DNA from: an uncultured archaeon
GTDB lineage: Archaea > Thermoproteota > Nitrososphaeria_A > Caldarchaeales > Wolframiiraptoraceae
DNA length: 64,000 nucleotides
Assembly (NCBI GenBank): GCA_938083505.1
Contig: CALKCF010000002.1
Coordinates: 143,065 to 207,064 of the forward strand
Reading direction: 5' to 3'
The translations under genes were made by a program, and so were the position numbers. Positions 41,981-51,601 of this stretch are shown one piece after another (the stretch's first letter is position 1; each line of letters begins with the position of its first letter). Under the pieces are notes generated by a model. It worked only from the letters and a program-made list of their open reading frames with translations. It made no database searches and had not been told where the DNA came from.

Positions 41981-42252
41981 TGGCAAGTGTTAAAACAACT
42001 ACACTCCCCGGCGGCATTATAAACAGGCCGGGCTCCACTATTGATTATAAAACAGGAACCTGGAGGGTTAAAAGACCGGTAGTTAACTTAGATAAATGCA
42101 TAGGCTGTCTTATATGCTGGATATACTGCCCTGAACCGGCAATTATAAAAAGAGATGACGGAAAGATCGATTTCGATTACGACTATTGTAAAGGTTGCGG
42201 CATATGTTCTCTCGAGTGTCCAACTAAGGCTATAAGGATTGTGGAGGAGTGA
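41980..42252 (+). CDS. porD: pyruvate:ferredoxin oxidoreductase delta subunit
   Basis: KTG.WR..RP, CIGCLICWIYCP, YCKGCGIC..ECP. Confidence 0.94.
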   Translation: MASVKTTTLPGGIINRPGSTIDYKTGTWRVKRPVVNLDKCIGCLICWIYCPEPAIIKRDDGKIDFDYDYCKGCGICSLECPTKAIRIVEE

Positions 42253-42291
42253 GAGGAGACGTCACTTCTTCAACCCAAGACCCTTAAGCCG

Positions 42292-43455
42292 ATGTCGACT
42301 TCAGAGGCGATTGCGTATGCTGTTAAACAGGCAAATGTTGACGTCATAGCTGCCTATCCGATCACACCGCAGACGATAATAGTTGAGCGGCTTAGCGAGT
42401 ATGTTCATAACGGTGAGCTCGATGCTGAATATATTGCCGTAGAGTCGGAACATTCAGCAATGTCTGCGTGTGTGGCAGCAAGCCTCACCGGTGCTAGGGT
42501 TTTCACGTCAACCGCCAGTCAAGGACTTGCACTTATGCATGAAGTCCTCTATCTAGCTTCTAGCTTAAGGTGTCCGATAGTCATGGCCATTGCAAACAGG
42601 GCACTATCCGCTCCTATAAACATACACTGCGACCACTCCGACATGATGGGCTCGAGGGATGCCGGATGGGTGCAAATATTTGCAGAAAACGGTCAGCAGG
42701 CGTACGATAGAATCTTCCAAGCGTTCAAGCTCGCGGAGGATGAGGACATACTCCTACCAGTTGGAGTGAACATCGACGGTTTCTTCCTCTCACATGCCGT
42801 AGAGGGCATTGCGACGATATCAGACAGTGAGGCGGCAACGTTCCTTCCACCCAGAAAAGCGAAGTATTACCTTGATTACTCGATGCCCATGACGTTTGGT
42901 GCCTTCGCACTGCCAGATTGGTACTTTGAGATAAAACACCAAGTAGTAGAGGCGATGGATAGAGTCCCGAAGAAGCTGGCAGAAATAGAGGAGACCTATT
43001 ATAAGATGACCGGTAGAAAATACGATCATGTTGGTGTCTATAAGACAGAGGATGCTGAAGTTTGCTTAGTATGCGCAGGTTCGTCGGCTGCTACAGCAAA
43101 GTTTGCCATAACGAGGTTGAGGGAGAAGGGAATTAAGGCAGGACTTCTGAGCATCAGGCTTTTCAGACCCTTCCCCGTTGAGAGTATACTCCTACATGTG
43201 AAGGATGTGAAGGCCTTAATTGTAATGGACAGGGCAATGAGTCCGGGTGCACCATCCGCACCGATAGCCCAAGATATAAAAGCCACGCTGTATGATGCTG
43301 GTCTCAACATACCAGTCGCAAACTTTGTTTACGGGCTTGGAGGTAGGGACATATCGGCCGCAGAGTTTGAGAGCATAATCATGAAGATTGTAGAAAGTTT
43401 GAAGGCAGGAAGGCCTATAGAAAAAGGCGTAATGTATTGGGGGTTAAGGGCCTAA
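42292..43455 (+). CDS. porA: pyruvate:ferredoxin oxidoreductase alpha subunit
   Basis: AYPITPQT, ESEHSA, TASQG, NRA.SAPINI, GLGGRD. Confidence 0.94.
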   Translation: MSTSEAIAYAVKQANVDVIAAYPITPQTIIVERLSEYVHNGELDAEYIAVESEHSAMSACVAASLTGARVFTSTASQGLALMHEVLYLASSLRCPIVMAIANRALSAPINIHCDHSDMMGSRDAGWVQIFAENGQQAYDRIFQAFKLAEDEDILLPVGVNIDGFFLSHAVEGIATISDSEAATFLPPRKAKYYLDYSMPMTFGAFALPDWYFEIKHQVVEAMDRVPKKLAEIEETYYKMTGRKYDHVGVYKTEDAEVCLVCAGSSAATAKFAITRLREKGIKAGLLSIRLFRPFPVESILLHVKDVKALIVMDRAMSPGAPSAPIAQDIKATLYDAGLNIPVANFVYGLGGRDISAAEFESIIMKIVESLKAGRPIEKGVMYWGLRA

Positions 43456-44390
43456 TGTTAGTGGGTGAGATTAAAACTATAAAGGAACTTTATGGCTTAG
43501 ACCTAATAGCTCCAGGTCATAGAGCCTGCGCTGGCTGTGGTGCCCTCATAGCCGTGAGACAAATACTGATGGCTTCTAAGAGGCCTCTTATTGTGGTGAG
43601 TGCTACGAGTTGTCTAGAAGTGACCAGCACACCATACCCGCAGACGATGTGGAAGACTCCTTGGGTCCATCTATTATTCGAGAACGCGGCCACCGCGGCA
43701 TCTGGCATAGAGGCCGCACTTAAAGTCCTTTCCAGAAAATACAACCGCCAGGAGCACTACATCATAGCCTTTGGCGGCGATGGTGGTACGTTCGATATAG
43801 GCATACAGGCACTTTCTGGAGCCCTCGAAAGGGGTCATAGGTTCATTTATGTGTGTTATGACAACGAAGCCTACATGAACACAGGTATACAGAGGTCTGG
43901 CGCTACACCATTAGGAGCTGCTACAACGACGTCGCCGGTAGGTACAAAAATTGTGGGAAAGACTCAGCAAAAGAAAGACTTAATGGAGATCGTCGTGGCA
44001 CATAGGATACCATACGCTGCTACGGCTTCACCATCGCACTGGAAAGACCTTGTAAACAAAGTGAGGAAAGCACAGAGCTACGACGGACCGTCCTTCATAC
44101 ACGTCATAGCACCATGCACAAGAGGGTGGTACTTCGACACAAGCGAGACGATAAAGGTAGCAAGACTGGCAGTCGAGACAAGGTACTGGCCACTCTACGA
44201 AGTGGAGAACGGAAGGTACAGGATAACCCACCCGGTTCCGAATCCTAAACCTTTGGAGGAATTCTTAAAAGTGCAGAGGAGACTTAGCCACTTACTATTA
44301 CCAGAGAACGCCGAAATACTTGAGAGTTTAAAGGCTTACGTAAACGAAAGATGGGAAAGGCTCCAGAAACTCTCTGCCTGCTTCGCCTAA
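43455..44390 (+). CDS. porB: pyruvate:ferredoxin oxidoreductase beta subunit
   Basis: GHRACAGCG, GGDGGT.DIG, YDNEAYMNTGIQRS. Confidence 0.95.
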   Translation: MLVGEIKTIKELYGLDLIAPGHRACAGCGALIAVRQILMASKRPLIVVSATSCLEVTSTPYPQTMWKTPWVHLLFENAATAASGIEAALKVLSRKYNRQEHYIIAFGGDGGTFDIGIQALSGALERGHRFIYVCYDNEAYMNTGIQRSGATPLGAATTTSPVGTKIVGKTQQKKDLMEIVVAHRIPYAATASPSHWKDLVNKVRKAQSYDGPSFIHVIAPCTRGWYFDTSETIKVARLAVETRYWPLYEVENGRYRITHPVPNPKPLEEFLKVQRRLSHLLLPENAEILESLKAYVNERWERLQKLSACFA

Positions 44391-44524
44391 CGTTCCAAAG
44401 ACACCAGAGGCATCAAAAGTCAGGTTATCTTTAGTGTTAAGTTTAATATTTTTATGTATGGAGTTTACTAATTCCATTGTTGCATCTTTAGGAAAGCGAG
44501 GAAGGTGTGCACTTTACATTGTTT

Positions 44525-45484
44525 TTATATTAACTTGCCCCAATCTGACTTTTTCGTAGGACGTCCCATCAGCTGCTGTATGTAGTTATAAGCTGAGAGG
44601 GCTGCGATGGCGCCCTGAGCCGCTGCTATCACCGTCTGTTTATAGAGCATATCGGTAACGTCACCTGCTGCAAAGACCCCTGGCCTGCTCGTCATTCCAA
44701 GTTTGTCTGTGATTATCTCGCCGTTCTCGTTCAGCTGAACGAAATCCCTCACCCAATCCGTTTTTGTCGTGTAACCCATCTCGACAAATACACCGTCAAC
44801 TTCTAGCTCGTCCTCTTCATTTGTCTTAACGTTCTTCAGCCTTATCGCCCTAACCTTCGTGTCACCTTTTATCTCCAAAACGGTAGTGTTCGGTATGTAA
44901 ATTATGTTCATCTCCTTGGAGTCCTTTATCAGCTCTTCATCCGTGAGCTTGGCCTCGCTTTTATGGATTATGTAGACTTTGTTGTCGTAAGCACGTAAAA
45001 GCTTCACAGCTCTAAAGGCATGATCGCCCCAACCCACTACTGCGACCTTTTTACCCCTGAACAAAGGAGCATCGCATATCGCGCAATAAGACACTCCCTT
45101 GCCGACAAACTTATCCTCTCCTGGAACGTCAAGCGACTTTGGAGTCTTTCCGAATGCAAGTATGACCGTGAGGGCCTCATAATCTCCGCTAACCTTCGTT
45201 GATACTCGGAAAGTGTTGTTTATTTGGGATATAGCGATAGCCTCGTCATAGACGAACTCTGCTCCGAATTCTTCTGCCTGTTCTTTTATTGATTGAACAA
45301 GTTCCAGACCGGCCACGACCTTTATTCCAGGATAATTCTCGATTTGTGGGGCGAGAAGCAACTGCCCTCCGATGTCCTTTGTCACGACCAAGACTTTCAA
45401 GCCCTGTCTCGCCGCATAGAGTGCAGCACTCAGCCCAGCTGCGCTTCCACCCACGATTATTGTGTCGTATATTCCTCTGCTCAT
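44525..45484 (-). CDS. trxB: thioredoxin reductase-like flavoprotein
   Basis: GG.AAG..AA, IENYPG, GVSYCAICD, GVFAAGD; atypical NADPH site. Confidence 0.88.
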   Translation of the reverse strand: MSRGIYDTIIVGGSAAGLSAALYAARQGLKVLVVTKDIGGQLLLAPQIENYPGIKVVAGLELVQSIKEQAEEFGAEFVYDEAIAISQINNTFRVSTKVSGDYEALTVILAFGKTPKSLDVPGEDKFVGKGVSYCAICDAPLFRGKKVAVVGWGDHAFRAVKLLRAYDNKVYIIHKSEAKLTDEELIKDSKEMNIIYIPNTTVLEIKGDTKVRAIRLKNVKTNEEDELEVDGVFVEMGYTTKTDWVRDFVQLNENGEIITDKLGMTSRPGVFAAGDVTDMLYKQTVIAAAQGAIAALSAYNYIQQLMGRPTKKSDWGKLI

Positions 45485-45602
45485 ACAGCCACCGTAGTCG
45501 AGGTGCATGTTAGGAAATATAAACACTCGCCTGACCTAGGAAAGCCCGGCACAACCTTAAATCCATTCTGACGATATAAACCTCTGACGTTGGTGGTCAA
45601 AA

Positions 45603-46034
45603 TTGGGTGAGAGCGGTAGAAGGTTCTTGGAACACATGTCCGACGTTTACGTGGAGGCATACGGAGAGACTATGGAAGATGCCTTTAAGGAGGCGGGCAT
45701 GGCTGTGTTTGATATCATATCAGACACAAGGAGTGTCAAGCCCGAGATAGAGAAAGAGGTCTCTGCGGAAGGTTTTGATATGTATTCCCTTCTCTACAAT
45801 TGGCTGGAGCAATTGCTACTCCTGTTTGAACTGGAAGGTTTCTTAGCATCTAACATCGAAGTGCATGCCATAGAGAGGTCTGGTGATGTATTCAGGATTA
45901 AGGCGACGGCAAAGGGCGAGAGGTTTGATCCAACGAGGCACAAACACGGAATAGGGATAAAATCCGTGACGTATGCCCTCATGGAGGTCGTAGAGAACGA
46001 GGTGAAGAAAGTTAGGTTCGTCTTGGACATATAG
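45603..46034 (+). CDS. archease (RtcB cofactor)
   Basis: EH.SD, LYNWL..LL, IKSVTY, VLDI C-terminus. Confidence 0.92.
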   Translation: MGESGRRFLEHMSDVYVEAYGETMEDAFKEAGMAVFDIISDTRSVKPEIEKEVSAEGFDMYSLLYNWLEQLLLLFELEGFLASNIEVHAIERSGDVFRIKATAKGERFDPTRHKHGIGIKSVTYALMEVVENEVKKVRFVLDI

Positions 46035-46049
46035 CGAAGGAGAGGTTAT

Positions 46050-46898
46050 ATGTCAACGAGGTTTGAGGAGGTGCCGAGAAGGAGATGTAGGCTCGACGTT
46101 CTACTTCCGTCGAGTCTGACGGCTGAGACGCCACACCTGAGGGAGAAGACCTTTAGGATTGGGCTTGTCGCAAGATTCCTTGCGACGTTCAGGGTCGACA
46201 ACCTGATAATTTATTACGAAGACCTTGAGCCGGACAAGAACGCAGAACTCATAAAGGACATCATGGACTACTTGAACACCGCGCCGTACCTTAGGCGGAG
46301 GTTGTTTCCAATCAAGCCATCATTGAGATATGCGAGCTTGCTTCCACCCCTAAATATACCGACGCATCCCGAGGTAGGCTCCGAAGGTACGTTCCACTAC
46401 AGAGAAGGTGTTGTGGCCTCGCCCGGCAGAGTAGACGCAGGTTTAGGAAGGCTTATCAAAACAAAGGAGCGCTTGAAGAAGGGAACGAAGGTCATAGTTG
46501 TTGTGAAACCAGAATCCGGCAAATTCAAGCTAATCTCTAGGAAAAAGTCACCAGTATACACCGGTTTTAAAACTACCATAGTACCGGAAAGGTTGGACGA
46601 GATAGTGGCGCGTTATGATGTTAAGATTGCGACTTCTAGGCTTGGCAAACCATTCCACGAGCTGGTTCAACCACTAGCATCAAGGCTTTCGACCGCCAAG
46701 AATATCTGCATAGCTTTCGGCTCGGCCAAAAGAGGTCTGTACGATATAGCCAAGCTTCAAAACTTCAATTTGGACGAGGTCTTCGAATTCGTGATTAACT
46801 TGGTCCCGGAGCAAGGTGTACGGACCATAAGGACCGAGGAGGCGGTCTGCATAACCCTTACGACGATCTCAGCGCTGGAGCTTCTCTTCGGGCGCTAG
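46050..46898 (+). CDS. SPOUT RNA methyltransferase (DUF171/MTH1-like)
   Basis: Y..T.PYLR, LPPL..P.H, YREG, P.QG..TIRTEEA. Confidence 0.88.
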   Translation: MSTRFEEVPRRRCRLDVLLPSSLTAETPHLREKTFRIGLVARFLATFRVDNLIIYYEDLEPDKNAELIKDIMDYLNTAPYLRRRLFPIKPSLRYASLLPPLNIPTHPEVGSEGTFHYREGVVASPGRVDAGLGRLIKTKERLKKGTKVIVVVKPESGKFKLISRKKSPVYTGFKTTIVPERLDEIVARYDVKIATSRLGKPFHELVQPLASRLSTAKNICIAFGSAKRGLYDIAKLQNFNLDEVFEFVINLVPEQGVRTIRTEEAVCITLTTISALELLFGR

Positions 46899-46943
46899 CG
46901 TCAGTTTATATTTAACCGCTCATAGCTTAACCTCTGAAGGCGC

Positions 46944-48161
46944 TTGTCGGACGAGAAGCAGAAGGTTTTCGAGTTCAAGGTTCCGTTCATAATCGTTAGA
47001 TCTAGGAGGGTTACCGAGCTATTTGCTTGGGCAGCAAGGGGAAAATTCCTCGGTCCGTTGGGCTGGCTCATGGTAGCGCTCCTTCCAATATCCTCAGCCG
47101 TTGGACTATTCTTGATAGTAAATTCTGTCTCCTCCATCCTGATCTCGCCGGAGATAAGGGAATTAGGGAGGCAGATGGGCGCTCAGGCCTATCTCTTGAT
47201 ACCCGGTATAAACCCTTACCTACCGATAGTTTATGGCTGGATAGGAATAGTCGTGGCGATAATCATCCACGAGTTCTCGCATGGGATAATGGCAAGCCGG
47301 CTCGGCTTTAAGGTGAAGTCAAGTGGCATCCTACTGCTCATCGGCATCCCGATAGGTGCTTTTGTCGAAGTTGACGAACAACAGCTCAAGGATGCGAGCT
47401 TGAGAAAATCCGCAAGGGTTCTTGCAGCAGGCCCCGGCACAAATATATCCTTCGCCGTCGTATGCCTCGTCGCACTGCTCGTACTGGTTTCCGGCCTATC
47501 GCCTTCTTTAGATGGCCTCTACGTTTTAAGGGCCGAGGAAGGGATGCCGGCCCGACTGGCAGGAATATCTGAAGGCGATGTCATAGTATCCGTGAACGGT
47601 AAGCAGGCGTTTACTGTGGACGTCTTGAAGCAGGCCTTGGAGAACCCACCTCCTGATGGCACGCTATTATTGGAAATCAGAAAGGGAGAAGGCTGGAAGG
47701 AAAGCATAACGCTCAAGTTGGTACCGGTTGAGACGTCAGAAGGTTTGAAAATAGGTGTGCACATCGTGGAGCTCAGGACAACGTCCATCCTTGAGAATTA
47801 CAAGAGGCTGGCCTACTCTTCGCCGCTCCTATATTTTATCCCTCCGACCATGGGCGGCGCTCAAGGTTTTGTTCCTTTCTCTGACACGCTACATATCTTC
47901 TACCAGCACCCCATCGGGCCGAGCTATTACTATGTGGCCAACCTACTTTTCTGGCTTTGGTTCATCAACGTGAACGTCGGGATCTTCAACTCACTTCCGA
48001 TCTACCCACTTGACGGAGGCCAAGTATTCATGAGTAGCCTAAGGGTCTTTGCCAAAGGCAGGTTGAAGGAGTCCGTCATTAGAGGTATAACGGGAGCTAT
48101 CTCAGCTGCACTTGCGATGCTTGTCGTTTCTATGGTCGTGCTACCTTTCCTGATCAGGTGA
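46944..48161 (+). CDS. site-2 protease (M50) with PDZ domain
   Basis: HEFSH, GAFVE, AAGP..N, N.LP.YPLDGG. Confidence 0.92.
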   Translation: MSDEKQKVFEFKVPFIIVRSRRVTELFAWAARGKFLGPLGWLMVALLPISSAVGLFLIVNSVSSILISPEIRELGRQMGAQAYLLIPGINPYLPIVYGWIGIVVAIIIHEFSHGIMASRLGFKVKSSGILLLIGIPIGAFVEVDEQQLKDASLRKSARVLAAGPGTNISFAVVCLVALLVLVSGLSPSLDGLYVLRAEEGMPARLAGISEGDVIVSVNGKQAFTVDVLKQALENPPPDGTLLLEIRKGEGWKESITLKLVPVETSEGLKIGVHIVELRTTSILENYKRLAYSSPLLYFIPPTMGGAQGFVPFSDTLHIFYQHPIGPSYYYVANLLFWLWFINVNVGIFNSLPIYPLDGGQVFMSSLRVFAKGRLKESVIRGITGAISAALAMLVVSMVVLPFLIR

Positions 48162-48205
48162 AGCTAAATAAATGGAGCGTACAATCCAAAATCGTTAGGG
48201 TTGAT

Positions 48206-48293
48206 GCCGGGGTAGCCTAGCTGGTAAGGCGCAGGCCTGGAGAGCCTGTGGCCCCTTCGGGCCTCGTGGGTTCGAATCCCACCCCCGGCGCCA
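48206..48293 (+). tRNA. tRNA-Ser(GGA), CCA encoded
   Basis: GCCGGGG acceptor, CAGGC-CUGGAGA-GCCUG, long variable arm, GCCA end. Confidence 0.96.
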
Positions 48294-48508
48294 ATGTTTT
48301 GGGGTCCAAAACCCTTTCTTTCTGCCTTTTAAGTCCACACACCTTTTCTACCGAAAAGATGCAGGAATGGACGGCATATACGACTTTGACGAGGAGAATG
48401 AAGCATTATTGTTCGGATCATCGCTAGATTGAGGCGGATTGTTAAACCAACAAATATAAGTAAATTAGAGAAAGTAGCGTTTGAAGTAACTTTTAAGCAA
48501 TACATTTA

Positions 48509-48523
48509 TATAACACTGTTATA
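48509..48523. promoter_or_regulatory. palindromic operator TATAAC-N3-GTTATA overlapping the TATA box of the dsrE-tusA-iscS-iscU operon
   Basis: Perfect 6-3-6 palindrome; near copy at 51095-51109. Confidence 0.6.
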
Positions 48524-48543
48524 CAATTATATTTGGTGATGTA

Positions 48544-48954
48544 ATGCCAAAAATATCCATAATAGTGTCCTCAGAAAAACTGGATAAGCTATTTCCGGCG
48601 GTGACGCTGGCTACAACAGCGGCAGTTATGGGCTGGGAATCAGAGATTTTCTTTACATTCTGGGGACTATTAGCTCTAAAAAAGGATTATGAAGCGAAGG
48701 ATGTTAGTTCGGATTATAAAGTTTATGAAGACGGTCTAAGAAGGGCTGTTAACTCAGGAGCCATGCCAAGCTGGTTAGAAATATTAGAACAGGGGAAGAA
48801 GACTGGAAGGTTGAAGGTTTACGCTTGCTCCACAACAATGAGTTTTCTCGGTGTGAAGGCTGAAGACTTATTAGAATATGTTGATGAAATTGTTGGCGCC
48901 GCATCCTTTTTAGGTAAAGCGAAAGATTCAGATATTAATCTCTTCATATCCTAA
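48544..48954 (+). CDS. DsrE/DsrF-like sulfur relay protein
   Basis: FFTFWGL, VYAC..TM, GAASFL, LFI. Confidence 0.88.
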   Translation: MPKISIIVSSEKLDKLFPAVTLATTAAVMGWESEIFFTFWGLLALKKDYEAKDVSSDYKVYEDGLRRAVNSGAMPSWLEILEQGKKTGRLKVYACSTTMSFLGVKAEDLLEYVDEIVGAASFLGKAKDSDINLFIS

Positions 48955-48966
48955 TGGTGTCAACTT

Positions 48967-49197
48967 TTGAAAGTCGATATAGTTGTTGATGCGCGATACA
49001 AGTCGTGTCCAGGTCCGCTTTTAGCATTAGCTGAAGCGGTTAAGAAGGCCGGTCCGGGTCATATAATCATGCTCCTAGCAACTGACCCAAGCGCCCCTCA
49101 AGATATCAGGGAGTGGGCTTCGAGCGTAGGTCATAAGGTTCTAAATGTTGAAAAGGTGGACGAAACATATCAGATATACGTGGAGGTTTTGGGTTGA
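48967..49197 (+). CDS. tusA: TusA/SirA sulfurtransferase
   Basis: DAR..SCPGP, TDP....DI.EW. Confidence 0.9.
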   Translation: MKVDIVVDARYKSCPGPLLALAEAVKKAGPGHIIMLLATDPSAPQDIREWASSVGHKVLNVEKVDETYQIYVEVLG

Positions 49198-50435
49198 CAT
49201 ATAGTGACCTATCGAGACCGATAGATGAGTTAATTAAGTCGCACGGTTTACCAGAGAGGGAGGTTTATTTAGATCATGAGAACTCCGGCCTAATATTCCC
49301 GGAAGTCCTAGAAATTATGGATAACACTTACAGGTTAAGTGGTAAAGGACACCCATCTATAACACATTTAATGGGTTGGATAAGCTATCAGGCTCTTTAT
49401 GAAGCCACCACAAATATTGCTTCGGCGATAAATTGTAGCCCAGAGGAGATAGTTTACACTCATAGCGGGACTGAAGCGAATAACTTAGCAATAATGGGCT
49501 CGTCCGGGCTCTCCTCAAATAGAAAGAAGGTGCTCGTGTCACGAATAGAACATTTAAGCGTGATTTTTCCAGCTGAGAAGCTGGAAAAATATGGGTTCAA
49601 GGTTATAAAGATACCTGTTGATGAAGAAGGCTTCGTAAACCTAGATTTCTTATCGGAGCACGTTGACAAAGAGACCTTGATAGTGAGCGTGGCAGCTATA
49701 AATCATGAGATAGGTACTATACAAGACATAAAAGCCATAAGAGATATCGTCAGAGATAAAGACGAAGGAGTTCTGATTCACACAGATGCCTGCGATGCCC
49801 TTGGAAGAATTCCGCTGGACATGAAAAAACTTGATGTTGATCTAGCATCTTTCAGTAGCCATAAAGTATACGGACCTAAAGGCGTGGGTGCATTATATGT
49901 TAAGGAGGGGGTTAAGCTTGAGCCAATCATCCATGGGCAGCTTAGCACACAAAAGCTCTGGCCAGGTGTTGAGAACGTACCCGGTATAGTCGGCTTCTCT
50001 AAGGCTGTTGAGATTATGCATAGAAATTTTAGAGAGAACGTGTTAAAGATGACCGATCTTAGAGAGCGCTTAATTAGCAGCATTTTAAATAATATTGAGC
50101 ATACTTTATTAAATGGTCCTTTTGGTGATAAGCGTGCTCCTGACAACGTGAATATTAGCTTCCTTTATTGTGAGGGAGAGGCTTTAACAGTTGAGTTAAG
50201 CATGAAAGGTATTTATGTTTCTAGCGGAAGCGCTTGCACAAGTCGTGTCTTAGAGCCTAGCCATGTGCTCCTAGCTATTGGGCGAAAACATGAGGAGGCG
50301 CATGGGAGCTTACTGATGAAAGTCTCACCGTTTCATACAACCTCAGACATAGAGTACGTTTTAGAAATTCTGCCTGACACCGTTAGAAGAATTAGATCCT
50401 TAAGTCCGATTAAACCCTTAAGGAAGGTGATATAA
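49194..50435 (+). CDS. iscS: cysteine desulfurase (IscS/NifS type)
   Basis: SGTEANN, N.EIGT, SSHK.YGPKG PLP lysine, SSGSAC. Confidence 0.93.
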   Translation: MTYSDLSRPIDELIKSHGLPEREVYLDHENSGLIFPEVLEIMDNTYRLSGKGHPSITHLMGWISYQALYEATTNIASAINCSPEEIVYTHSGTEANNLAIMGSSGLSSNRKKVLVSRIEHLSVIFPAEKLEKYGFKVIKIPVDEEGFVNLDFLSEHVDKETLIVSVAAINHEIGTIQDIKAIRDIVRDKDEGVLIHTDACDALGRIPLDMKKLDVDLASFSSHKVYGPKGVGALYVKEGVKLEPIIHGQLSTQKLWPGVENVPGIVGFSKAVEIMHRNFRENVLKMTDLRERLISSILNNIEHTLLNGPFGDKRAPDNVNISFLYCEGEALTVELSMKGIYVSSGSACTSRVLEPSHVLLAIGRKHEEAHGSLLMKVSPFHTTSDIEYVLEILPDTVRRIRSLSPIKPLRKVI

Positions 50436-50437
50436 AT

Positions 50438-50938
50438 TTGTCGAGTCGAGTGCCTTTAACATATGGAAAGAAGGTTCTTGAGTTATTTAGAAACCCGAAG
50501 AACCTTGGTAGAATAGAAGATGCCAATGCTGAAGCGATTGCCGGTAGCCTAGCATGCGGAGATATGATAGCAATATACTTGAAAATTGATGAATCGACTG
50601 AAAAAATTGTTGATGCGAAATTTGAAAGCTATGGTTGCGCTGCAAATATAGCAGCAGCGAGCATACTAACTGAAATGGTTAAGGGAAAAACCCTTCAAGA
50701 TTCTTGGAAGATCTCATGGAAAGATGTGTCTAATGAACTTGGTGGGCTGCCATCCGTTAAATATCATTGCGGTGTACTTGCAGTTGGATCGCTTAGAAGA
50801 GCTATAAGAGCCTACTACACAAATAGAGCTAAGCCAGATTGGCTTAGCGATGAGTTAACACAAGAAGAGAAACATGCCCTAGAGGAAGAAAAGCTAATGG
50901 AGGTTCTTGCCAAAAAAGCAAAAAGAGCAATGCTTTAA
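50438..50938 (+). CDS. iscU: IscU/NifU-type Fe-S scaffold
   Basis: NPKN.G, CGD, GC...IAA.S, LGGLP..K.HC. Confidence 0.93.
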   Translation: MSSRVPLTYGKKVLELFRNPKNLGRIEDANAEAIAGSLACGDMIAIYLKIDESTEKIVDAKFESYGCAANIAAASILTEMVKGKTLQDSWKISWKDVSNELGGLPSVKYHCGVLAVGSLRRAIRAYYTNRAKPDWLSDELTQEEKHALEEEKLMEVLAKKAKRAML

Positions 50939-51094
50939 CAAGCCGAGGTGTTGATTAGTTAACAATCAATACTTACTTAATTTATATTTTTAATAAACCT
51001 TCATAAGATTTGGCACTTCAAGCGAAGCGAAAAATGCAGCTCCTATATCATGAGGTTGGAATACTAAAATCTATTTTCGCTATGAAAATTTATT

Positions 51095-51109
51095 TATAAG
51101 CACGTTATA
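51095..51109. promoter_or_regulatory. second copy of the operator (TATAAG-N3-GTTATA) upstream of the HTH regulator
   Basis: One mismatch to the arms of 48509-48523; overlaps TTTATA. Confidence 0.5.
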
Positions 51110-51130
51110 TTAATTATTAATGGAAGTAAT

Positions 51131-51457
51131 ATGTATTTGCGATGTGAGTCTATCGGGCATCGTTTTCTTCCAATCCTAAGATGCCATGTAGCTAAAGAGC
51201 TCATCGAAAAATATGGTCTAACGCAAATCGAAGTAGCTAAGAAACTCGGAACAACTCAGGCGGCCATAAGCCAATATTTACACTTAAAGCGCGGAGCTAC
51301 AAGTCTGAAAAAATTTAAGGAGACCTTACCTATAATCCAATCGGCTGCAAGCGAAATAGCTAGTGAAATAGCTTCAGGAAAAATTGATGTAGAGAAGATC
51401 GCATTAAGATTCTGTGAAGTATGTACATCTATACAGAAGACTGTAAGTCGTAAATAA
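51131..51457 (+). CDS. XRE-like HTH regulator with conserved Cys (COG2522-like)
   Basis: CE.....LP..R, GLTQ..VA..LG.TQAAISQY...KRG, FCEVC. Confidence 0.85.
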   Translation: MYLRCESIGHRFLPILRCHVAKELIEKYGLTQIEVAKKLGTTQAAISQYLHLKRGATSLKKFKETLPIIQSAASEIASEIASGKIDVEKIALRFCEVCTSIQKTVSRK

Positions 51458-51601
51458 AGCGATTGTTTACCTTATCAAACATTAGTAGGTAAAAAGGTAT
51501 CGAATAACGATTATGGTATAAGTTTAATCTCAAAGCGGTGGAGCCCACCAACAGTGCCATATACTTAGAAGTTGAAGAGTTCCTTTGACCTTATCCAAAG
51601 A

